64,000 nt of DNA from Octopus vulgaris (taxonomy: Eukaryota): contig OX597814.1 of NCBI GenBank assembly GCA_951406725.2, positions 141,112,001 through 141,176,000 of the forward strand, written 5' to 3'. A model generated the notes under the pieces. It made no database searches, was not told the DNA's origin, and worked only from the letters and a program-made list of their open reading frames with translations. This document shows positions 11,439 to 25,893 of this stretch, piece by piece. Within the stretch, counting starts at the first letter, position 1; every line of letters starts with the position of its first letter. A program made the position numbers and the translations under genes.

Positions 11439-11584
11439 ATGACCGCTTTATTGATTCGAAACCATTGGTCACTCTATGACCAACCATATAATTAGCAACC
11501 ATATAATTAACTTCCAATAAATATATTACTAATCTAACGTTTAGAGTGTACTTCTATTTCGGATGTACAAACCGTTGACGTTGA

Positions 11585-11619
<35 letters not shown>

Positions 11620-11743
11620 AATGTAAAAAAATACAAACTGGGACAAGAACGTGAAACATTTAGAAGACGATACAAAAAACACGGACGGGACATTCGAAGC
11701 CTTCAATCTTCAGTCAAGAACCGGACCATCTTCGCAATTTCGG

Positions 11744-11778
<35 letters not shown>

Positions 11779-11779
11779 T

Positions 11780-12165
11780 CTTTTACTCTTTTACTTGTTT
11801 CAGTCATTTGACTGCGGCCATGCTAGAGCACCGCCTTTAGTCGAGAAAATCGACTCCAGGACTTATTCTTTGAGAGCCTAGTACTTATTCTATCGGTCTT
11901 TTTTGCCGAACCGCTAAGTTACGGAGACGTAAACACACCAGCATCGGTTGTCAAGTGATGTTGAGGGGCCAAACACAGACATACAAATACACACACACAC
12001 ACATATATATATACACATATATACGACGGGCTTCTTTCAGTTTCCGTCTACTAAATCCACTCACAAGGTTTTGGCCGGCTCGAGGCTATAGTAGAAGACA
12101 CTCGGCCCAAGGTGCCACGCAGTGGGACTGAACCCGGAACTACTTACCATAAAGCCACTCCTACG

Positions 12166-12168
<3 letters not shown>
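11780..12168 (-). mobile_element. Family B CORE-like SINE, well preserved
   Basis: Minus strand head GGCGTAGGAGTGGC..TTCCGGGTTCAGTCCCACTGCGTGGCACCTTGGGCCGAGTGTCTTCTACTATAGCC, internal (TA)/(TG), tail GACTGAAACAAGTAAAAGAGTAAAAGAG. Confidence 0.9.
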
Positions 12169-12254
<86 letters not shown>

Positions 12255-12749
12255 ACATTTATGTACGCACCTATATGTGATAGTTTTGAAACTTATGGTC
12301 TTGAATAGATATTGCTTAAAATCAAGTGACCTAATAAAAAATATAATGGGGGAATCCAAAGCTAAAACTGATGGGTGTAAAATACCCAGTGTTCTTGCTA
12401 AAGAAGAGAAATTTACACTAAAGTGAATTCGTAACAGAAGTACTACCATGTAATAATAGAAGTCTTCGAAATATCGATTAGGTTCTCGACGCAGGAAGAA
12501 TATTGCAGTTTTAGAATATGGTAAAAATGTAGTTGCTCCGCCTCACAATGGAATTGCATGTTTTCTTTGATATCTTTATTTTTCACGTATATGTATGAAA
12601 TGAAAACATTATTTTGAGTTCTTATAAGAGTGAATGACACTAATTGAATAGAATGTTTATTGAGTAAAAAAAAGGAAAAAAAAAGAAAAAAACTACTTTC
12701 ATCTTTCATGCGGATATTTTTTCTTCCTTACACCGTATTTGTTTCAGTC

Positions 12750-12769
12750 TACATACATACATACATACA

Positions 12770-12805
<36 letters not shown>

Positions 12806-12894
12806 TACATATATATATATATGAATATATATGTATATATAATATATAAATGCATACATACATATATATATATGCATATATACATACGTATATA

Positions 12895-12936
<42 letters not shown>

Positions 12937-13179
12937 CAAACATACATACAAACATATATATAATATATACATGCATATATATATATTATATATATATATA
13001 TAAATACATAAATATACATCTACACACATACATATATACATATTGATATACATATCTATATAAGTGTATACATACATACATATATATAGACTTATATATA
13101 TACATACACACACATATATGTGTATATATATACATATACATATACATACATACATACATACATACATACATACATACAT

Positions 13180-13234
<55 letters not shown>

Positions 13235-13240
13235 TACATA
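12750..13240. repeat. Compound (ACAT)n/(TA)n microsatellite
   Basis: Direct; source of the spurious YI/VCMY ORFs. Confidence 0.95.
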
Positions 13241-13532
13241 CTGGTTTCTTTGATGAATTAGTTGAAGACAACTTTAAAGAACAGCAGACGGTGTTCGTAT
13301 TGGAAACGACACGAGAATAATATCAAAGTGAAGTATAACAATTGGTAAAGAAGGAGTAAGGCGCATAATGGGAAAACTCAGGTGTGTTAATGGTAGTTGC
13401 GGAATAGAAGTAAGAAATAGAACGATATTATTCTTTATCACGTTTCGAAAAATATTCATGTTTCTTTTTTGTTGTCAAACTCAATGAAAAAAAAAGCAAC
13501 AAAAACTACGGCATTACAAGAAGCAGCGGCAG

Positions 13533-13680
<148 letters not shown>

Positions 13681-14036
13681 AGGAACAACAATATCTGTAA
13701 TGGCAACAAAATTAATAAAAGTTATATTGGCAACATTATATTTTAATATCATAAATGAAATGTGCATCCATAATGCAAATAGCTGAATACAAAAAAAAAA
13801 AAAAAAGAAAAGATGTTTAACAAAATAGAGGTGAAAAAGAAATAAAGACAATAAATGTCGTCGAAAGAATAACTATCTCGTTGATTAGAGGAGAGGACGT
13901 TGTTTGTTTGTTTATGTCATTCACTAGTGGTTATAGAAACATTGTTTTTAAACGTGAGTCTGTCCCTAACTAGATGGTCATAATATTTGTAGTTACGATG
14001 AGGATGACAACGATGCTAATTATGCTCACGGTTTGC

Positions 14037-14037
<1 letters not shown>

Positions 14038-14067
<30 letters not shown>

Positions 14068-14293
14068 CTTCTTCTTCTTCTTCTTCTTCTTTCTCTTCTC
14101 CTCTTCTTCTTCTTCCTTCTTCTTCTCTTCTCCTCCTTCCTCCTTCTTCCCCCTTCCCCTCTCTCCTCCTCTCCTTCCCCTTCCCCCTCCTCTTTTCCTT
14201 TCATCCACTCTACCTCCTTCTTCCTCCTCCTCCTCCCTCCTCCTCCTCCTCCTCCTCCTCCTCCTCCTTCTTCTTCTTCTTCTTCTTCTTCTT
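14038..14293. repeat. (CTT)n/(CCT)n polypyrimidine microsatellite
   Basis: Direct. Confidence 0.95.
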
Positions 14294-14645
14294 CCGCCGA
14301 GGACGACTTATGCGTTTCATCCTTTCGGGGTCGATGAAATAGGTACCAGTTACGCATTGGGGTTCGATGTAATCGGCTAGCCCCTCCTCTCCCACAATTT
14401 CAGGCCTTGTGCCTAGAGTAGAAATGATTATTATGGCGAGCTAACAGAAATGTTAGCAAGCTGGGTGTCATGTTTAGTGGCACTTCGTCCATCTTTACGT
14501 TCTGAGTTCACATTCCGCCGAGGTTCACTTTACCTTTCATCCTTTCGGGGTCGATAAATTAAGTACCAGTGGCGTACTGGGGTCGATCTAATCGACTGGC
14601 TCCCTCCCCAAAAATTTCAGGCCTTGTGCCTATAGTAGAAAGGAT
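14293..14645 (+). mobile_element. Two adjacent family A SINEs (tail B)
   Basis: Two copies of TTTCATCCTTTCGGGGTCGAT..GTACCAG..TTTCAGGCCTTGTGCCTA.AGTAGAAA. Confidence 0.85.
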
Positions 14646-14703
14646 TATCATTATTATTATTATTAATAATAATATTATTAATATTATTATTATTATTATT
14701 ACG

Positions 14704-14742
<39 letters not shown>

Positions 14743-14761
14743 ATTATTATAATTATTATTA

Positions 14762-14829
<68 letters not shown>

Positions 14830-14878
14830 ATTATTATAATTATTATTATTATTATTATAATTATTATAATTATTATTA

Positions 14879-14916
<38 letters not shown>

Positions 14917-14944
14917 ATTATTATAATTATTATTATTATTATTA

Positions 14945-14996
<52 letters not shown>
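14646..14996. repeat. (ATT)n microsatellite
   Basis: Direct. Confidence 0.95.
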
Positions 14997-15350
14997 CTTC
15001 TTCTTTCAAGTTAGTTCCATTTCTTGCCGAGTGTCTTCTTGATATCTAGGGCAAAGAAACTCACTGTATACATTGGTAGACCAACAAAATAAAGATACCA
15101 GATTGTTCATTTACAAAGTCATGTGATAGAAAAAGCGAAAGAAAGACAGACAGAATAAAGAAAGAAGAAAAGGAAAGAAAAATCAAAATAAGAAAACAAA
15201 GAAAATAAAGGGGTAAAAGGAAAGAACATTCACAGTGACAAAGCTCTTCTCAATTCGTGTGACGTACCAGTTAAGACAATCTTTTGCACTTTCTGCATGA
15301 ATGGTAAACTAGGGATTATCCGTTGTTTTTGGTTTCTTTATATGAACTGT
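14997..15350 (-). mobile_element. 3' end fragment(s) of an R4/Dong-like LINE
   Basis: Minus-strand VQKIVLTGTSHELRRALSL* at about 15235-15295 (QKxxLLGTAHILRxxL motif); UTR-like sequence at 15000-15065 leads into the (TAA)n array. Confidence 0.65.
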
Positions 15351-15479
15351 ATTTTACTGTAGGGGTTATTTATGAGCAGCAATGATGTACATCAGAGAAA
15401 TGAGACTAAATAATGAGAATTTAGATATTAAAAGTTTGTAATAATATTTGCGATTTAAAGATTGTAAAAGATTCAAATA

Positions 15480-18400
15480 TTCTCAGGTTATCAGTGTTTT
15501 TCTTAGGACAGTACTCATAAGAATAATTTTCTGTTGTTCTGATATGATTTAGGTCCCTGGTATTTGATCATAATATTTATAAGTATCATTTGATATTACC
15601 TTTAAAGTTCTGATGGTTGCAGATACGGTTGTTGTTTTTAGATGCTACATTTTTGAGACCTATTTCAAGGATCTTTTATTTACTTAACTTTTCACAGTGT
15701 TGCAGTCCGATGGGACTGATATATTTGTAAGCAAACATGGGCTTTTCCATTTTCTTTTTACTACTGGTCAGTTGGCTCTCCAGTTTGAATACAATATCTG
15801 GTCAATTAACTCGAAAAGTTTGAATACTAAAGAAGTCCCAAAGAACGGTCATATCTTCATATTCTATTTCTATGACAGGTTTATGTTCTCAACAGTTCTT
15901 CACGTACGAGAGTTCAAACTGATGACATATGATCCAGTGCTGACCAAGTCTAGCATGGCGAATTGTATACTTAGCTGAAGCTAATATAATACAACCAGAG
16001 ATGAGGTGGTCAATTGTTACTCCGGTTGTACCACAAAAATGGTAGGATGAGCACCGTCTTTTAGGAATGTTGGATTGGTAATTTCTTGCCATCAACGAGT
16101 CGTATATATAAACATCAGAATCACTGACCCTTGTACGGCATTTATCATATAATCACTTGTTATACATCTTTGAGATTCCATTGCATGTGGGTTGTGCTTT
16201 CATATGTTTTGCTTTCACAGTGGATTCTTCTGTTTCTTCTGGTTGCACCTCAGTTTTGGTGAGCTTTCCCTTCTTTTACATGTTTCTTTGTTTTTCTGTT
16301 GTTGGGTATAGTTTCTCGGTATTTTCATTCTTGCACACAAGTCCAAGCATCCTGTCATTAGATTTCTTTAGACACCTGTCTAACTCTATAGCTGCTGTCT
16401 TTAGAGGCAGTTGCAACTGCATCATTCCATGTCCTCTATCCTTTCGTGTGATGTCTGTCTACATCTGCCTCTGGGTGTTGCATGAGATGCAGTTTGAGAA
16501 ACTTGCTTATTTTTTGTCCATTTTACTAACCTTATTGAATTTTATGATATTAAAGCTGTAGGTCACAACAAATAAAGTAAGGATATTCACGGCACCAATC
16601 TCATTTCTTGCATTAACTTCGACTTTTAGGATAGCTGTAGCTCTACGATAGCATTCTTTCCGTATTTTCTCGTACATTTGTAGACACTGCATACTATTCA
16701 TCGCACACAGACCTAAATATTAGCAGTTTTCTTGAGATTCTAATTTTCTTGAGATTGCGTATTTATGAAGGCTAAACTCCATTTCATATTGTCACCAAAT
16801 TGCTCTACAATAGTTAAAGCCGTTCCATTCGTTGATTAACTTTCGAGAAAAGATTTACACCATGCATGTTAAGAAAGTGATTGTTTGATCTATCGTTTAT
16901 TTTGCATTCATGTTTTGTATCATTGAACACCTTACGTTGGGGAACAAGTGTCACGAGAAAGAGAATTGGCGAAAAAGAATTCCCCTGAAAAATGCTGCAG
17001 TTTATATCAAATTATATCACCATCATTCACCATCATTCACCAGATTAAATCACCATCATTATGTCATCATCATTCACAGTACCCGCCTCTAAATTCAGCA
17101 TTAGAGTTGCCTTCCAGAGCTTCATACAGTTTGATAGAAAATTGCCAATAACCGGAGAGATTTTATAGATTTCCATTTCTCAACCCATCTATAAAGAAGG
17201 CTATCAAACACTTTTTTGTAATCAATCCATGAAGTGGAAAGATTTTTATACTGTTTACTGCAGTTCTCAAGAATCATTGTATTGATTAAAAGCTGGATTT
17301 TACAACTTTATGAGCCACATTTACAACCTTTTTGTTCGTTGGGATATAACTTGTTAACCATCAGGAAGCTAGCTACATTTATGTGTATCCAATAATGATG
17401 TATGTTAGATTTTGCATGTTTGTTAGACGTAATTGGTCGATAGATTTGGGGTTTATTTGTTTCATCACTTCTGGCAAGTAAGTCACTTTATCAACCAGGA
17501 AGGGATTTTTCCAGGTCCATGCATAATGCTATTGTATCGATGGATCAGTCTCTCATTGTGTTCAAGGGAGAGCGTTCAGCCAGAAGTAAGGGTTGCTATA
17601 TTCTCCAGGTGATTCCCATTTGTTTGAGGCTCGGTGCAGTCTCAAATCTTAGACAGAGATACCTTCATATTTGTCCAATGTCTCTGAATTTCTGATAAAT
17701 CCTAGGATCATTCCATTTGCGTTTTTGGGATTCGACTATTATGATTTCCAAAATTTTGGGGATTCCTCCTCTGTGGGTGTGGTTTTAACAGTTACATAAA
17801 ATATTACAGTTTTTCTATAAAAGGTTTTAGGATTGTTTCGGAATATACTGTTATTCTTGAAGTAATTTGATCTTCTGAACTTCCTAATATGTGCTGCTTT
17901 GGCTTGGATCATTTGCTTGATTATTATTCTTTTTATATTATTTCATCGATTTCACTTCCTTTTTTATACCTTATTTCCTTTTCAGTTTTATAACTTTTGG
18001 TATCTTAATATTTTCTTTGCTCTTGATGATTTGGAGTATTTTAATATCCGATCTATGTACATTAATTGTATTTTTAATTCTCTGTTGTCATGCTGGTTTC
18101 CTGCTTATATGTTGAATGTTTCTCTTTACTTTAATGCCACACAGTGCAATGGTTATTGAAGCTGGTGCATAAAGTAGATTATTCAGTGGGAAAAAACTTC
18201 ATTTTCATTCAAGATCGATTTTATAACTGCACTCATCTTACTATTGTTTCATTTGAGCTGCGAACCTTGAAGAGGTCATTGCGACCTCTCAGTTCGATGT
18301 GCTTAACCTTGAACCAATCTGATCCAATTTTTTGTTTTAAGGTTGTCAAATCCAGTATTTGTGTTTGCATTTTAACTGTAATCGATCTCATTTAGATTAG

Positions 18401-18700
18401 CGTCAGTGACTATTTTCCCAAATATCTTGGTTTTGGTATGTTCTGTATTACATCTATCCCCCATCCAATACATTGCAGTATAATAGGCCTCTAGAACGTC
18501 CTCGTTTTCTTACCTCGTCCATTTTTGTCTTGTTTTAGCATTATCAAATAAAGATAGTGTGTACAAAGGACCATGGTTTGGGGGTGTCCTGTTAAAGAGA
18601 GCCTTCAATCCTGTGGTTTGGAAAGGGAAGAAATCATCATTACCGAGCTTTCAAACCTAGATCGCTTTGACACTGAGGGGCTCAGTTATTTTATATCCGG
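15480..18700 (-). mobile_element. Long, heavily degraded R4/Dong-clade LINE (RT, CCHC, RLE)
   Basis: C-terminal QQKIILMSTVLRKTLIT*; CLLTNISVPSD; ORF 15889-16095 FCGTTGVTIDHLISGC..YTIRHARLG; ORF 16507-16701 KIRKECYRRATAILKVEVNARNEIGAVNIL..YSF; many stops and frameshifts. Confidence 0.8.
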
Positions 18701-18959
18701 GCGACGACTGATTGGCATCCATTTTCTTTACTAGGCATTTTCGAAATATTTGCGTCTTGTGGTATTTGCATCAAAGTGGTATTTTTATAGTAATCCCAAC
18801 ACGTGGAGTCCCTGCTTGGCAGGAGACAATGCTCTGTTTTTCTCCTTTTATCTTGGATTACTACCATTATTTTTATAATTAAATCATATTTCATAGCATT
18901 ATATGGATTTCTTGCAGCATAGTACATAACAACTTCGTGTCTTTATTCAGTTCTTAATT

Positions 18960-19180
18960 CTTTTATTCTTCTACTTGCTTCAGCCATTTGACTGCGGCCA
19001 TGTTGGAGCACTGCTTTAACGGGTTTTAGTCGAACACATGGACTCCAGGACTTGTTTTTTAAAGCTCAGTACTTATTCTAAAATTTCTTTTTGCTGAACC
19101 GCTACGTTACGAGAACGTAAACACCAACACCAGTTGTCAAGCGGTGATGGGGGACAAACACAGACACCAAGACACACACA

Positions 19181-19229
<49 letters not shown>

Positions 19230-19385
19230 AACGAGATTCTTAAAGTTTCCGTCTACCAAATCTACTCACAAGGCTTTGGTCGGTCCGAGGCTATAGCAGA
19301 AGACACCTGACCAAGGTGTCACGCAGCGGGAATGAACCCAAAATCATGTGGTTGGGAAGCAAGCTTCTTATCACACAACCACGTT
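18960..19385 (-). mobile_element. Family B CORE-like SINE
   Basis: Full architecture with internal (CA)n. Confidence 0.85.
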
Positions 19386-20402
19386 TGTTATATAGAGTAC
19401 TTTTCTATTTATTTTTTATTATGCTATTTGTGAACATTTCTTTGCTGATTTATATAGATGTGGGAAGGTGCTTTTAAATGTATGTCTTGTACTAGCAAGA
19501 TTTTTGTTTGTTGCAATTCTTTATTGCGTCAGTCAAAATGCTTAGCAGCATTTCTTTTCAGCTTTTTTATGCCCTAAGTTCAGACACTGCCAAGATCGAC
19601 TTTGCGCTTTAATCTATCGGGGTCGATAAAATAAATACCAGTTGAGCACTGGGGTTGATTTAGTCAAGTATCTCCCACCCATTACTGGCTTTTTGCCAAA
19701 TTTGAAACCATTAATAAATGTTTACAGATACCAGAAATCAGGCTTTGAACAAACATAGATAAGGAGAGAAGAAGAGACAAAGGAAGGAAGAAAGAATAAG
19801 GCAGAGAGATAGATGATAAAAATACATAAATATCATTAATCTATAAATAGATTCAGTAGAAGTTCATTGGAAAAGAAAAGATAGAATAGAATAGAAGATT
19901 ATAATTTAAAGTAAGTTGTTATTTGCTTTTTGATAGAGCTAGTATCGGTCGAACTTGTAAGTAAGGTCAACGTAGGGTCAAAGTATGTGACAGAAGTAGC
20001 AGGAGCTATTGATATTTAGTATTTTCATTGTATGGAAGTGGTGGTAAATTTGATATTAGGAGCGAGCCATGAAGAAAAAAATGGCTAACTTGTCTCACGC
20101 TGCTTCTATTTGTTTTTCCTGATGAATAAATAAAATAATTATATGCATCATTGCTGTATTTACAACATTTAATGGGCGTGCTTTGCGGTGGTATAAATCT
20201 TGCTGGAAGTATTTAACAGTTTTACAGCGAATCATGGAAACAATTGACTAACTTTGTATCAGTTCCTATTTGTATTTATCACCTTTGATAGAGCAATAAA
20301 TAAATATCTACACCGCTGCTGTATCTACAGCATTTAATAGGCGTATTTTGAAGTGGTATAAATTCTCTTCGGGGTTTTATCTGTTTTTTAAGTTTGTTAA
20401 AC

Positions 20403-20466
20403 TTTTGGCTACTCAGTTTTGGCTACGTAGTTTAGGCTACGTAGTTTTGGCTCCGTAGTTTTGGCT
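20403..20466. repeat. 14-bp tandem repeat (TTTTGGCTACGTAG) x about 4.5
   Basis: Direct. Confidence 0.85.
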
Positions 20467-20575
20467 TTCATAGTAGTATAGCTTGTTAAGATTTCAACTG
20501 TTCGTCTTCTGCAGTTGATTTCAGTCCTGGAGAGCATTCTGAATTTTCAATTTTGCAGGGACATAAATGCAACCT

Positions 20576-22228
20576 TCTGACAACTATATCTGGTCTGTTG
20601 GCCTTAATTTCACTATCTGTGTGTATTGGCATATCCCAGAGTATGGTTGCTTTCTCGTTTTCTGTGACCTTTTCTGGTGTGTGCCTATACCATCTTTTTT
20701 CTGTTGTTATTCCATAATGTTGGCATAGTTTCCAGTATATATAGGTCCCAACTTTGTCGTGTCTGTGAATATATTCCTTAGCCAGGACTGGGCAGCCAGA
20801 GATAATATGATTTATTGTTTCTTGTCCATCTCCACATATTCTGCAGTTACTTGTTATATTTTTTTCCATTACATGTTTTTGGTAATTTCTGGTGGGGAGG
20901 CTTTGGTCTTGTGCTGCAATTAAAAATCCTTCTGTCTCTGCTTTGAGTCCTGAGCTTCTCAACCATTGTTGGGATTTTTCTTTGTCTATTTCTTTTGCAT
21001 TTAGTTTAGTCCAGTATTTGCCATGAAGGGGTTTTTCTTGCCATCATTTTATCATGGTTCGTTGCTGTTCTATTTTTAGTTTGGATTTCATTTGTTTTAT
21101 AGCTTTTGTTGTTTCTTCATCTTCTTCTTCTTGTTCATATTTGTTAGGTGGTATGATTTCTTGTTTGTATTTGTCAGCTTCCTTAAATACTGAGAACAGT
21201 TTTTTGTTTTGCTCGTGTTTTGCCGCTATCTGGATCAGTTTTCCTTCCTTCTGAAGTAGATATTTTTGCAGTCCTATGGTGGTTATTTTATAGTAGTTTT
21301 CCAGCTGTATAAGGCCTCTACCACCATCTATACATTGTATATATAGCCTTTCTATGTCAGATTTTGGGTGATGCATCCTAGATCCTGTCATTATTTTTCT
21401 TGTTTTCCTATGTGTTTTGGTCAGTTCATTTTGAGTCCAGTTAAGGATATTGTAGCTGTAACTTATAACTGGGACGGCTAAAGTGTTAATACCTATTATC
21501 TTGTTTTTAGCATTGAGCTCTGTTTTCAGTATTGATCTAACTCGTCTATAATATTCTTTTTTTATTTTCTCTTTCATTTGTGTGTGTTGTGTCTCATCTA
21601 GTTCATGGGTTCCTAAGTATTTGTAAGTTTGGCTTTGGTCTAATTCTTTTATTTCATTGGTTTTATCTAGTGTGATGTTGCTACTCTTAACTAGTTTTCC
21701 TCTGTTCAGGGTTACTTTGGCGCATTTCTCTAATCCAAATTTCATATCTACTTCTTTGGTAAATCCATGAACTGTCTTTAATAGTGTTTCAAGCTGTTTC
21801 TCATTTGTAGCGTATAGTTTTAGGTCATCCATATATAAAAGGTGGCTGATCGTTTTGCCGTAGCATTTATATCCGCATCCAGTTCTGTTTAGCATATCCG
21901 ATAGAGGTGACAGTGCCAAGCAGAAAAGGAGTGGAGAGAGCGTATCTCTCTGGAATATTCCTCTTCTAATGCGGATGGCTTTGGTTTTCACAAGTTCCTC
22001 TTTTGTTTAGAGCTGTAGCACTGTTTGCCATTTATTCATAGAGTGTCCTATGTAATTTATAATTGTTGGTGCAACTTTGTTCACGGCTAGTGTTTCGAGG
22101 ATCCATGTGTGGGGGATGCTATCAAACGCCTTTTTGTAGTCGATTCAGGCCATACTAAGGCCTTTCTTCTTTCTGTGGCTGTCTTCAGTTATGGCTTTAT
22201 TGATCATTAGTTGATCTTTACAGCCATA

Positions 22229-22229
<1 letters not shown>
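20576..22229 (-). mobile_element. R4/Dong-clade LINE ORF segment: reverse transcriptase, CCHC knuckle, start of RLE endonuclease; pseudogenised
   Basis: Single frame: GCKDQLMINK..SMA*IDYKKAFDSIPH, RRGIFQRDTLSPLLF, HLLYMDDLKL, YKYLG, GGRGL, LHGKYW, AAQDQ, CRICGDGQETINHIISGC, RHD, RPDIVVR; stops at 22145-47, 22007-09 and 21044-46. Confidence 0.95.
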
Positions 22230-22669
<440 letters not shown>

Positions 22670-22680
22670 TATTATCATCA

Positions 22681-22754
<74 letters not shown>

Positions 22755-24179
22755 GCAGAATCGTTACCACGCAGATAAAATGCTCTGTAGCATTTCTTCT
22801 GGTTCTTTACTTTTCAAGTTCCGCCGAGGCTGACTTTGCTGTTCATCCTTTCCGGGTCGAAAAAACAAGTACCAGTCGAGCACTGGGGTCGTTATAATCG
22901 ACTGGCGCGCCCTACCTCAAAAGTTCAGTCCTTGTGCCTTATAGTTCCCACAAAAAACAAAGGAAAAAGAAACAGAACTACAGAATTTTGCCTAAGAACT
23001 TTCCATTGTCGCAGGGACTTGTTTTTAAACAATTTTTCAGATAGGTCATAGACAGACAGAAAAATAGATACATAGATAGATAGAAAGATAGATAGATAGG
23101 TTTGAATGTAGCTATGTAGACAGGTAGGTAGGTAAATGGATATATAGATTGGTAGGTAGATAGGTAGGTAGGTAGGTGGTGGACAGATTGATTGATTGAT
23201 TAATTGATTGTCCGTTCAATACTGCTTATGTGGATTTTTAGATTCTTTCAAGAATCAAATATCAGAAAAATATACAATTCCTTATAAAATTTCCAAAATT
23301 ACCGTTGAATTTCCACGAGTGCTGCTACTCGTTAATATTATTATGGGAGAATCTTTAGCACGCCGGGCAAAATGCTTACTGGCGTTTCGTCTGCCTCAGT
23401 TCAAATTCCGCCGGGATCGATTTTGTCTTTCATAATTTCAGGGTCGATAAAATAAGTACCATTTGAGCACTGGGGTCGATGTAATCGACCATCACGCAAA
23501 TTGCAAGCCCAGCTGCCCTGGGTTTTTTCGCGTACAACTGTATGGTATTTCTTGAATATTCATCCGGGTTCGGACGAAAAATATTGCTTTGTTTTTACAT
23601 AAATTATATATTTTTCTTATTTTTCAACATAAACAGCATAAATAGATGAATAAAAAATATAAAATGAACATGAAAAATCCCATAAAAACAAAAGATATTG
23701 CACTGCAAGACGCGTGTTTAAATGGTAAAAAAAATGATTTAAATATCGATAACTATATAAATACGTTACAATCTCATCCCTTCTTGATTATAGAACGTGT
23801 AAACGAGTCACTATTATTATGACAGAGATAGTAAGGTGAAGTATCAGGAATAATAGAGAACCGCATTAAAAGCCTTATAGTATTTGTTGTTGTGAAGCTA
23901 CAAGTCGATACTGATCGATAAGCATCTATTATTAAAAGTACCCTATCATCATTTTTAAGAGTATATCTTGGACGAGATTATTGTATGTTCCTTCATTATT
24001 TAAGACAGTAGCATGTAATTTGAAAGAAGTTTTACTGCTGTTTTTATCGCCTGTCTGGTCGGGTTGCCAAATCCTTTCATTCATTCGTCCATCCATCCAG
24101 CCTTTTTCACCTCCTACTATTCCTAGGAGGGTCGTTGGTGTAAAGTCCTCAGGCATCTCCTCTATTGAGTTCTAACAGA

Positions 24180-24472
24180 AGCGACCGTCATTAAACTTTC
24201 CCGCTGGATTTCCAAGCGTGACCAACTGAGTCAATGGATAGGATAAGGATAAAGGCCCTTTCCGAATCGCATAGACTCTGACGCATATATTACTCCTTGC
24301 ACGGGACGCCGGTCCGTCGCAAGATGACTCATTTTCACTAGCTGAGGGGACTGGAGAAACGTGAAAGGAAGTGTTCTGCTCAAGAATACAACGTGTCACC
24401 CGGTCCAGGAATTGAAACCACAATCTTACGATCATGAATCCAACACCCCTAACGACTAAGCATACGCCTTCA
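24180..24472 (-). mobile_element. Family C SINE (V-domain-like 3' part)
   Basis: Minus strand GTGAAGGCGTATGCTTAGTCG..TTTCAATTCC..TTCACGTTTCTCCAGTCCCCTCAGCT..TTGCGACGGACCGGCGTCCCGTGCAAGG. Confidence 0.7.
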
Positions 24473-25893
24473 CAGCCAATGGATACTATGCAACCATCTC
24501 ACTCTTGGGCTATCCACTAAGGTCTCCTCTCGGTTGGCTCGGATTGAAGAACCTCTCTTGTGATCATTTCCTGCGATATTCTAACCACATTACATGCTCC
24601 TTCAAAATATCTAGCTCCCTTTTTTTATTTTTTTGTTTAAATATCATCACAGTCTTCTGGGATTGATAAAAATAACCATCAGTCATTTGGTGGGATCAGT
24701 GCAACAGACTTTATTCCACTTCACAAATGCCAGAATTTGTGCGAATTAAAGAAATTGTTATAATAACAAATGCAGAAGAGGTGTAGAAAGTAGAGTCTGT
24801 AGAATTCCCGACAAAATGTCTTTTTTAGTATTTACTCATGTCACTTTTTATACTGTGGCTGGCTATGCCTAGCATTCCACCATTCAGACATCACCTCTTT
24901 TAGCAAATGTGTTCCAACGTAAGAGAGTGAGATTATGGGAATGTAGATAACCAGCTTACAGTATTAAGCTTCTTTCGACTAAATATCAGTAATTCGTTTG
25001 ACTTAGTTAAAAAATTAATGTTTTAGGTTTCGACTTACGAAACGACTATTATGTAAAATATTGCGAGGGCTGAAGACTAAGAAGTAAGCTCCTGGCTGTC
25101 GAACTTTTGACATTGTCTTGGTTCTCGATTGTAGCCAGCAACCATTACACAAAGTACACATTGATCTTGACAAAGATACGAGCGTTAAACACTTCTTCCC
25201 ATATTTTCTCGCTAAATGACTTCGAGGCCGCGTGTTCGTGTGAGAAATCAATAATGTGCTTTAATGATAATTAAATGATTTTTATCGATCTGTTGAGATG
25301 AAAGGAAGAGTCGATAGCCTGGAGGAGAAGATCTGAACTAAAAGTTGCAAGACACCAAAGTAGATAGCGTATAATGTTTGACCTAGAATCCTAACCTTGT
25401 ATCAAATCTGAGGGCAATGAAGACAAAGGTAAAACTACTTACTTTTCACATAATGAATATGATTACTATGACAGTTTATCAATTTTGAAGATGTATTCAT
25501 TGGTAGATATGAACTTAATACGGCAAGAGATACAGAGTTCTGTCAGCTTAATTCTATAGTTGTCATTGTTTAGCTGCAGATCATCTGATTCAGTAAACCC
25601 ATGTTCCTGTAGTGGCTACCCTATCCTTTTCAGGCATAGTGTATTCCCTTCTATGATGGTTTTTGTATTTTGTTGGGGGCAGTTTAAATACTATATCTAG
25701 TGTTAAATTCTTTTCTAATTTTGGCAGAATGCCAGCAATTTTGAGGGAGGGAGAAGTGCTTGTACTTTATTTTATTGACCCCGAAAAGATGAAAGGCAAA
25801 GTTGATCGCGGCGGGATTTGAGCCCAGAACGTAAAGATTCAGGAGAAATACTGCTACGCATTTATTTCTAGTGCATATATAACCATAATCTAA

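Noticed and set aside
11690-11750. Minus-strand CTGAAGA in a TA-flanked insert
   Set aside because: No correctly placed GAAA or NUH; probably a repeat fragment, but ribozyme topology is unsupported.
12310-12426. Possible exon (MGESKAKTDGCKIPSVLAKEEK)
   Set aside because: Weak splice signals and no recognisable homology.
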